DNA of 32,127 nt from a bacterium (GTDB lineage: Bacteria; SZUA-182; DTGQ01), in the NCBI GenBank assembly GCA_040752695.1, contig JBFMGO010000071.1, forward strand, positions 1 to 32,127. Reading direction: 5' to 3'. This document shows positions 1 through 6,695 of the stretch, piece after piece. The number at the start of each line of letters is the position of its first letter. Position 1 is the stretch's first letter. The notes below the pieces were generated by a model. The model was not told the DNA's origin and searched no databases. It saw only the letters and a program-made list of their open reading frames with translations. Both the position numbers and the translations under genes were made by a program.

Positions 1-1472
1 TCCGGCGCAGAAGGGGTGAGATTTTTCCTGTAGAGCGATGCAGTGAGAGTATCATCCTCCGCGAGTTTATAAGTCCCGGTTACCGAGAGGCTTACCCCCT
101 CATCTTTCAAGCGTTCATCTTGTCCTAACCCTGTTTCCGGGGCATTATAAGTATCAAAACGGATACCCGGTGTAAGCAGGAATCTGTCGGTTATGCTCCA
201 GTTATCCTGAAGATAGTATCCCCACATATGGCTCGATTGCCCGTCGCTTCTGGTGATTGTTCTGCCTGGTGCGTAATTTGGATCTACATAGTGGACATCC
301 TGACCTGCGGTAGAGATAACTTTCCCTTCGATTCCGCAGAGAATTTCGTGATCCTTCAAAGGCATATCAAACTCAAAGCTCCCGCCATATGACCTGTCGG
401 GCTTCACGGTTCTGTCAAGGACAAGCTGTCCATCGGGATACTTTTTGTTGAGCCAGCTTGCCGAGTAATTTTTTTCATCTCTGTCCTCATAATTTTTGTA
501 TGCCTTAAACTCAAAGAAGGCATTTCTAACGGGCTGTTTATATCCAAGATCGAGAAGATACTTTGTCTTTTCCCAGTGGGCTCCCGGACCGGGATTTGTT
601 AAATTACCCGCACCGGGAGAAAAGCTTTCCCCGAGGGAAAGTGGATAGTCAGGATTTCTTTTTACATTAAAGTTTGGATTATCAGGATTACTATGGAGTC
701 TGTTTAATATGGCAAAACCACGGTCAACATCGGTATATTGAACTCCTAAGGACATCTCTGCCATGAAAGGCATATCAACATAAAGCTTGGTTGAATAATT
801 TTTTGCTTCATAATCATTGTTCCAGAGAAATTCATCCGCCTTCTGGTAGCTTCCCCCGATAGAATACCCTAAAGGCCCGATCTTATAGGTATGGGTGATC
901 CGGTAACTCTGGGTGTAATCGATGTCCTCACCTGCGCCGTAATTGCCATAAAAGGAAAAAGTCGGTTTCTCGGCGGGCTTTTTGGTGACAACATTGATAA
1001 CTCCTCCTCCGGCATTATTGCCATATTTGACCGAGCTTCCGCCTTTCATCACTTCAATTCTTTCAATGTTATCCAAAGGGATCGTGCTCCAATCGATGAA
1101 ATAGCCGCCCTGGACTCCCGCAGCATTGATGGACCTGCCATCGATATTCAACATAATCCTGTTGCCTGAAAGCCCCCTGATCTTGAGTGTATCACTGGTA
1201 TCGCCAACTAAAGCTCTCCTGTTTATGTCTATCTCGGGCTCATTCTTTAAAACATCAGGGATATTGGTATTTTTACCCTTCTCGATAGTTTTCTCACCGA
1301 CTACCGTGACGGCAGATCCAGCTTCTTCCGATACCAGTATTTCCTCCAGGGTGAGATGCTTTACCGGCTGTCCTTTCTGTTCCGTATCCGGCGCGGTCCC
1401 GGCACCATATACAGTCGAGACCGTAATAATGACTAAGCTAAATATACTGATAAACTGAGAAAATTTCTTCAT
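1..1472 (-). CDS. TonB-dependent receptor, 3' end truncated by window start (absent from ORF track)
   Basis: Manual translation from ATG 1472 gives signal peptide MKKFSQFISIFSLVIITVSTVYG, TonB-box-like LEEILVS and plug motifs IRGLSGNRIMLNIDGR and IPLDNIERIEVMKGGSSVKYGNNAGGGVINVVTKK. AGGAGG SD upstream. Frame was open as far as read (to ~290). Confidence 0.9.
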   Translation of the reverse strand, partial: MKKFSQFISIFSLVIITVSTVYGAGTAPDTEQKGQPVKHLTLEEILVSEEAGSAVTVVGEKTIEKGKNTNIPDVLKNEPEIDINRRALVGDTSDTLKIRGLSGNRIMLNIDGRSINAAGVQGGYFIDWSTIPLDNIERIEVMKGGSSVKYGNNAGGGVINVVTKKPAEKPTFSFYGNYGAGEDIDYTQSYRITHTYKIGPLGYSIGGSYQKADEFLWNNDYEAKNYSTKLYVDMPFMAEMSLGVQYTDVDRGFAILNRLHSNPDNPNFNVKRNPDYPLSLGESFSPGAGNLTNPGPGAHWEKTKYLLDLGYKQPVRNAFFEFKAYKNYEDRDEKNYSASWLNKKYPDGQLVLDRTVKPDRSYGGSFEFDMPLKDHEILCGIEGKVISTAGQDVHYVDPNYAPGRTITRSDGQSSHMWGYYLQDNWSITDRFLLTPGIRFDTYNAPETGLGQDERLKDEGVSLSVTGTYKLAEDDTLTASLYRKNLTPSAP

Positions 1473-1505
1473 TTCAAGCCCCTCCTGATTTCAAGCCCCC
1501 TCCTG
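1471..1505. repeat. 17/18-bp tandem duplication containing the Shine-Dalgarno of the receptor gene
   Basis: atttcaagcccctcctg (1471-1487) followed by atttcaagccccctcctg (1488-1505). Confidence 0.85.
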
Positions 1506-1514
1506 GAATTGGAA

Positions 1515-1605
1515 TGTGGGCCGCATCCCTGACTTTGGATACGGCCCACAAAGAGAGTAAGCATGAATCCCACCACGATTGGTGGAGCCGTAATGTTCAC
1601 TGTGA
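1515..1605 (-). promoter_or_regulatory. Repeated two-hairpin leader element, copy 1 (candidate cis-regulatory RNA)
   Basis: 1550-1591 is identical to 6042-6083. Minus-strand hairpins CCACCA-AUCG-UGGUGG and GGCCGUAUCC-AAAGUCAG-GGAUGCGGCC. The repeat is certain, the function is inferred. Confidence 0.55.
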
Positions 1606-1629
1606 AGTAATATCTCTATAGTTATCTCC

Positions 1630-2085
1630 TTATTGACGGTGACGGCGCGCACGTTTCGCGAGCCCAATACAACCGATCAGGCCAAAGATAACGGCTATTC
1701 CCATACTGATTCTCAGGTACAGAGGAACGACTTTCTCCTCTCTTTTTCCCTCCACTTTCATAGTCTCATTTACCGGGACCTTGATTTCCAGACGGTGCCC
1801 CATCTGATCAAATACCAATATTTCCCACTCACCAGGTTTATCCGGGAAAAATGCAAACCTGCCATTCAAATCAGTCTTGCCCGTCTGGAATTTTTCTTTT
1901 GAGTTTGGGGCAAAAACAGCTACAGATAATCCTTTAGCAGGTAAATGATCGTCAAAAGATGCCTGGACCACAATTCCCCCTGAACCAAGCGAATATTCGA
2001 TCCCATGGGCATAAAGAAGGGCACTGTAACCTTGAGCCAGGCACAGCCCAAGGATTAACAATCCTATTTTCACGGGCTGTTTCAT
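1630..2085 (-). CDS. Exported, C-terminally anchored metal-uptake accessory protein (NikL/CbiL-like)
   Basis: Signal peptide ending ALLYA followed by His (HGIEY), motif QTGKTDLNGRFAFFPDKPGEW...DQMGH, C-terminal TM helix. Overlaps the DUF4198 stop by 4 bp. Confidence 0.7.
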   Translation of the reverse strand: MKQPVKIGLLILGLCLAQGYSALLYAHGIEYSLGSGGIVVQASFDDHLPAKGLSVAVFAPNSKEKFQTGKTDLNGRFAFFPDKPGEWEILVFDQMGHRLEIKVPVNETMKVEGKREEKVVPLYLRISMGIAVIFGLIGCIGLAKRARRHRQ

Positions 2086-2804
2086 TTTATTTCAAAGGTC
2101 AACGAGGCTGAAAAATCCACCTTATGGTTACCAACTACCATCCATATACCCGGTTTGCTGATTTTTATCTGGGCTTCTCCCTGGTCATTGCTTTTGCTGA
2201 GGACGGGAAAGGGTTCATCCTCGGAGTAATATCCGGCATAAGTAGCATACAGATAGGTAGACAGGGGTTTGCCCTCAAAAAGTATCTTTACGGGAAGAGA
2301 ATCTCCGGGTTTTAATTCCTGGGGATTTTTTAAGGGAATAATCTCAATACGATGACCAAATTGACGGTTGATGTTAGCATTTCCTTTCCCTGCGATAATG
2401 ATGGATTTCCCATATTTTTCTGATGGTACATGTTCTTTATCCCCTTTCCTCTTCCGGTAAGTGCCGACTACATAGGTCCCTTTTTGATCGATGCTCATCT
2501 CTCCCACCAAGGCTCCTCCTGCTTTTTCTCCCTGCCTGTCTTCCCAGGTTTTGGTAATTTCCTTTTTCTCCCCGTCAGGAGAAAAATAACAAAACTCAGG
2601 TAGTTCATCTTTTTGAACCAAGATATCGTAATAAGGAAAATTATGGCCAAAAACGACCTTTATGTTAGTTTTTTGTCCCACTGCCGGCGAATGATTATCA
2701 ATATTGAGCCAAAGATCATGAGCTAAGACCCGGTTGGCATAAAAAGAGAAACAAGCTGAAATACACAATAAAGCCAAAGACAATCTTATCCACGTTTTTT
2801 CCAT
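2082..2804 (-). CDS. DUF4198 family periplasmic protein (NikK-like, nickel/cobalt uptake associated)
   Basis: Signal peptide then AHDLWL; motifs FGHNFP, EIIPLKNP, VKILFEGKPL, SNDQGEA...PGIWMV. Confidence 0.8.
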   Translation of the reverse strand: MEKTWIRLSLALLCISACFSFYANRVLAHDLWLNIDNHSPAVGQKTNIKVVFGHNFPYYDILVQKDELPEFCYFSPDGEKKEITKTWEDRQGEKAGGALVGEMSIDQKGTYVVGTYRKRKGDKEHVPSEKYGKSIIIAGKGNANINRQFGHRIEIIPLKNPQELKPGDSLPVKILFEGKPLSTYLYATYAGYYSEDEPFPVLSKSNDQGEAQIKISKPGIWMVVGNHKVDFSASLTFEIK

Positions 2805-2903
2805 GATACATTCCTCCCCGTTTTGTAAGATTTTTATAAGATTCCAGATGATTGGATTGTATGTTAAGAAAATATTCCTACACGCTCATCAACTCGATAA
2901 CCA

Positions 2904-4733
2904 TTAAAAGTTGATATGAAAGCCACCTGAATAGAGAATGGCCATATCGAAATATTTTGAAGACTCCGGCGTCTCATCAAAGATATTGTCGACAGCCAGG
3001 AACAATTGAACAGTTTTCGACAGGTCCTTCATGATCTTGGCGTTGGCCAGATAACATTCATCGGATTCTTGCGTAAGTTTACTGTCTTTAAACATCTTAC
3101 CAAGATATTCCATATCATAATGGAGACTGAAGCCATACGGTTTGTTCTCGTATCCGACCCTGAATTTGCCCGTATGTTTAGGCATGTTTTGGATTTGTTT
3201 CTTGATCTCCTTATCCTCTGTCTGGTTATAGGTATAGGCTATGGATGTAAACAGCCCTTTAATCGGTGCGGATTGTAATTCGATTTCAAAGCCTTGTGAA
3301 TAAGCGTCATTAATATTATAAGCCTGCTGTATAGGTTCCCCTGTTTCATAAGTACCAACCTCCCTGGAGCTGATCATATCTTTAATATCATTTCTGAAAA
3401 AAGAAATACGACCAAGCAGCATATCAGCCAGGGTGTGTTCCAGATCCAGACTGTATCCGATGGACTTTTCCGGTTTAAGGTCCGGATTGCCTATGATCCA
3501 ATACTGAACGTGATGATGCGGTGTGGTTTTATATAACTGATCAAGACTAGGTGCCAGGAAGGCACGGCCTGCATTCAATCGTAGATTAGTCTTTGGACTT
3601 ATCTTATAAAGAATGCTTCCTTTAGGATTGAATTCGGTCCCCCATTGATCATGATGATCTATCCGCCCTGCCAAAACAATGGTCAACGATTCTATCAAGC
3701 CAATTTCATCCTGAAAAAATCCGCTGACAATATCTTCATCCTTCTTTCCTACCTCAGTGGAATCGATATTGTTTTGCCGATATTCACTGCCAAGGGTAAT
3801 CAGGTGCTTTTGGCCAATCATCCGGCTGTATTGAATTTCCCCCAGATAATTGTCATAATCCCAGTCTCTTGGGGTCTGCCCAGGGCGGATATCCTTTCGA
3901 TCAGCTCTATGGTCTGTAACCCTCAACTTGAGGTTCGAGGTTTCCCCGACATTGGAATCGAAAGATATCCCTACATTAACCTTGGTATCGTCCAAATACT
4001 CGCTCTTTTCATCATACAGATTGAGATTAAGGGACAGCCGGTCACCTGGGCTAAGATCGTATTGAAAATTGCCCAGCATATTTTTACCGTCGTATTCATA
4101 ACCGCTTCCCATTTGATCTGTTTTATGATTTCCTACACCAAAGGTATATGAAAATTTCTCATATCGATCTCCAAAATTCATCTGCGTATCTACCGTATTA
4201 CCAGTGCCATAGGATGCCGATCCATTGAAGTAGCTTCTCTTGACTCCCTTTTTGGTAATAATGTTAACTACTCCGGCAACGGCATCACTGCCATACAGAA
4301 CAGATGAAGGTCCCTTGATGACTTCAATTCTCTCGATCATCTCTGCCGGGATATTCGAAAGATCTATGGCATTAGCGTGTCTGCCGGTCTGCCTTTGGCC
4401 ATCGATCAAGACCAGTGTATATTTATCAGGCAGTCCCTCGATACTGACCGATTCCCGGGCAAATCCATTTGATTTAATGAAAACTCCCGGCACCCAGCGC
4501 AGGGCTTCTCCCGCAGTTTGGGCATTTGATTTTTGGATCTCCTCCTGGGTAATCAAATAGGTAGTGACAGGAGTATCCTCCAGTGTGTGCTGGGTTTTGG
4601 TAGCTGTAACTACAATATCCTCCAATCTTAAAGCATCTCTCCCTGGCTTTTCCTGATCAGCTCCTATGGCTGGTCTGGCAAGAAAAGTACAGGTCACAAC
4701 GAAAATAAAAAACAGGTACGTTATTCTCCACAT
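2904..4733 (-). CDS. TonB-dependent outer membrane receptor (probably for a metal or metal chelate)
   Basis: LEDIVVTATKT, IERIEVIKGPSSVLYGSDAVAGVVNIITKK, GNPDLKPEKS, C-terminal Phe; a PHHHV segment in a probable loop. Confidence 0.95.
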   Translation of the reverse strand: MWRITYLFFIFVVTCTFLARPAIGADQEKPGRDALRLEDIVVTATKTQHTLEDTPVTTYLITQEEIQKSNAQTAGEALRWVPGVFIKSNGFARESVSIEGLPDKYTLVLIDGQRQTGRHANAIDLSNIPAEMIERIEVIKGPSSVLYGSDAVAGVVNIITKKGVKRSYFNGSASYGTGNTVDTQMNFGDRYEKFSYTFGVGNHKTDQMGSGYEYDGKNMLGNFQYDLSPGDRLSLNLNLYDEKSEYLDDTKVNVGISFDSNVGETSNLKLRVTDHRADRKDIRPGQTPRDWDYDNYLGEIQYSRMIGQKHLITLGSEYRQNNIDSTEVGKKDEDIVSGFFQDEIGLIESLTIVLAGRIDHHDQWGTEFNPKGSILYKISPKTNLRLNAGRAFLAPSLDQLYKTTPHHHVQYWIIGNPDLKPEKSIGYSLDLEHTLADMLLGRISFFRNDIKDMISSREVGTYETGEPIQQAYNINDAYSQGFEIELQSAPIKGLFTSIAYTYNQTEDKEIKKQIQNMPKHTGKFRVGYENKPYGFSLHYDMEYLGKMFKDSKLTQESDECYLANAKIMKDLSKTVQLFLAVDNIFDETPESSKYFDMAILYSGGFHINF

Positions 4734-4888
4734 TTCAATCTCTCTCCCTTTTTGATTTCAACCTATCGACGGTCAGTGTAATGGCCGAAGATCCTCCCCC
4801 TTGTCTGTTTGCAGTTCACCTCCATTCCTCTTTCCGGTTTCATTTTTTTGCCGATTTAGCCATAGCTAATGGCCAAGGTAATAAAATG

Positions 4889-4948
4889 AAAAAAGGCCAT
4901 GACTCCCTCACTGATCTTCCGATCTGTTTAGGGCCTTCATGGCCTTTT
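4889..4948 (-). terminator. Leader terminator/attenuator copy C with GGCC-AUGAA-GGCC in the 5' arm
   Basis: AAAAGGCCAUGA pairs with UCAUGGCCUUUU, then CCCU/AGGG and apical GAUC-GGAA-GAUC, ending in U6. About 155 nt upstream of the receptor start. Confidence 0.7.
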
Positions 4949-5000
4949 GTTTTACACGATAATATCTGTGATCTTTTCTGCACTCTCAAGGATCGCCGTG

Positions 5001-5031
5001 TGGACGATTCCTTCGTATGGACGACTCCTTC
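5001..5031. repeat. 14-bp direct repeat with 17-bp period between the two leader terminators
   Basis: tggacgattccttc (5001-5014) and tggacgactccttc (5018-5031). Confidence 0.7.
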
Positions 5032-5068
5032 AGTGGTTCTGCTGAAAAATGCTGGTAATGGAATCTCT

Positions 5069-5148
5069 CCGAAAAGAGAAAAAGCCATGAAGGCTTTTTC
5101 TCTTTTCGGCTGTTTCTTAGCCAGCGAAAAAGCCTTCATGGCTTTTTT
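5069..5148 (-). terminator. Leader terminator/attenuator copy B with an alternative fold
   Basis: 22-bp perfect inverted repeat 5079-5100/5126-5147, and an alternative 18-bp perfect hairpin 5069-5086/5092-5109. Confidence 0.7.
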
Positions 5149-5244
5149 ATTACGTGGTTTTACTATTGCCCTTCTGTTCTTATGAAATCGGGAATAGCCT
5201 TATTTTTAGATTTCTGCTTCTTTCTGAAGCAATTATTGCTATAA

Positions 5245-5273
5245 TAAATACCAAGCGAGGCTCTTTTTGTCAA
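5245..5273 (-). promoter_or_regulatory. Putative sigma70 promoter for the TonB receptor operon
   Basis: TTGACA-N17-TATTTA with TG upstream of the -10. Confidence 0.45.
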
Positions 5274-5299
5274 GGGGAAAATAGTGGCCCTGCTTATGG

Positions 5300-5494
5300 T
5301 TATTCTGTTCTTTCCAACAAAATCTTATGATTAAGTAATGAGATCTTTTTGATTTTGCCCTGTAAGATCTTTTGATCGCCGAATATATTCACAATGAGCA
5401 GACTGTTCTCGTTTTCAGGCTGAATCACATCTACCAATTCCATAAAAAGCTCTTCATTTCCTTCCGCTTCAAGATAGGCATTTGCTTCGCACAT
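5300..5494 (-). CDS. cooT: CooT family nickel-binding protein
   Basis: 64 aa, MCEANAYL start with Cys2, NIFGDQK motif, C-terminal NHKILLE. Confidence 0.88.
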   Translation of the reverse strand: MCEANAYLEAEGNEELFMELVDVIQPENENSLLIVNIFGDQKILQGKIKKISLLNHKILLERTE

Positions 5495-5500
5495 GATGTT

Positions 5501-5926
5501 TTACTCCTTCTCTCCTTTTATCATTTCCTTAACCTTTCGAACCAGTTTATCAGTCAGATGAGGCAGCGGTTCATTTTGATAGCCGATAAGGGAAACAGCC
5601 TCCATAGGAAGGGGCAACAGGAGCTTTAAGGCCCTGCTGTTGGCAATCGCCTCCGCCATTTTTGGCGTTAATTCCCCCATCATGGAATTGGACATGACCA
5701 CATTAACCGATCCAATAATAATGTCTACACGATCAATAACATACCTGATGGCATTTTCTCCGGAAGCACCCTTGTTAGCCTTGGCTTTCATCATAACCGA
5801 AGTAGCCAGAGAATTAGTGCCTAAGGCGATAATTTCCAGGGACTGCAATTCCGCTTCATCTCTCAGCCGTTTAATGATATAACTTCCAATACCACCACCA
5901 TGCCCATCGACAACCGCAACAATCAA
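5501..5926 (-). CDS. DUF3842 family protein
   Basis: VAVVDGHGGGIG, IIALGTNSLATSVM, GASGENAI, NSMMGELTPKMAEAIA. Start moved from 5980 to TTG 5926, which follows AAGGAGG. Confidence 0.85.
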   Translation of the reverse strand: MIVAVVDGHGGGIGSYIIKRLRDEAELQSLEIIALGTNSLATSVMMKAKANKGASGENAIRYVIDRVDIIIGSVNVVMSNSMMGELTPKMAEAIANSRALKLLLPLPMEAVSLIGYQNEPLPHLTDKLVRKVKEMIKGEKE

Positions 5927-6000
5927 TGGATTGCCCTCCTTTTCGTAGTCCGCTCGTATAGAGGGATAGACACGGGACACCCCATGTTAAAAAAGCTGCT

Positions 6001-6096
6001 TGCGGCAGGCCGCATCTCTGAATTTAGATGTGGCTCGCACAAAAGAGAGTAAGCATGAATCCCACCACGATTGGTGGAGCCGTGATGCCGCTGTGA
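6001..6096 (-). promoter_or_regulatory. Repeated two-hairpin leader element, copy 2
   Basis: 6042-6083 is identical to 1550-1591; the flanking hairpin has a C-G to U-A compensatory change at its apical pair. Confidence 0.55.
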
Positions 6097-6159
6097 TGCA
6101 CTCTTTTCCGGGTTTTCCGGGGTCTCCTCTCCCTGTTCTTTGTTCATTGTCAGTCGCCT

Positions 6160-6218
6160 AAAAAACAAAAAGCCATGAAAGCTCCGGATATTCCATCCGA
6201 AAAAAGCCTTCATGGCTT
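6160..6218 (-). terminator. Leader terminator/attenuator copy A upstream of DUF3842-cooT
   Basis: AAGCCAUGAAGGCU pairs with AGCUUUCAUGGCUU (14 bp, one G-U), inner UCGGAU/AUCCGG stem, tail UUUUUGUUUUUU. Confidence 0.72.
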
Positions 6219-6412
6219 ATATAGTCTCAAAAGAGTAAATGACTTAAATAACTATTTTATAGCCTTCGCCCCTGCATCAGCTTGAAGGCATTGCCGCTTT
6301 TCTCAAACTATTTCGCTTCGTCATCAGGCTTTCCCCGCTCTTTTTCGTTTATTGAAACACAAAAGGGTGTCACAAGCCTGGTCACGAAACATGAATTTTT
6401 ATCATTTATGTA

Positions 6413-6442
6413 ATTATTAGCAAGAGATGCTATGCTTGTCAA
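6413..6442 (-). promoter_or_regulatory. Putative sigma70 promoter for DUF3842-cooT
   Basis: TTGACA-N18-AATAAT in the divergent intergenic region. Confidence 0.4.
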
Positions 6443-6695
6443 GCGATTATTTTTTTCCTCAATTCCCGTTCAATTCAACAAGAGCTGCCTATGGTTCAGA
6501 TTACGACAGCGGGACAATTACTCTCAACAGAAATATAAGTATCCATAGAGAGAAAATACACCGTGGTCTCAGATTTCAGCCGATCGAGACGATAATAATA
6601 GTATACGAAGGGATGAGAATGGAGGTTTTTTTCTCATCCTTTGCAGTTCTCCGCTACCGTTGTCCTTAAGGTATCTTCACCGCAAAAAGGTTATC

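Noticed and set aside
760..771. gccatgaaaggc resembling the attenuator motif
   Set aside because: Inside a CDS, on the antisense strand, with an extra base and no terminator context.
1469..1564. 31-aa uORF starting inside the repeated element and overlapping the receptor ATG (ATGA)
   Set aside because: The equivalent frame in the second copy stops after 10 codons, so coding is not conserved.
4840..5139. MKAF... ORF (also 5923-6213 and plus-strand 4781-5185) as leader peptides
   Set aside because: The two minus-strand ORFs start at the AUG inside the GCCAUGAAGGC motif, lack an SD and share nothing after MKAF; all three look like by-products of the repeats.
4740..5240. Cobalamin or NiCo riboswitch ahead of the TonB receptor
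   Set aside because: No B12-box or other cobalamin core motifs and no NiCo four-way junction consensus recognised by eye.
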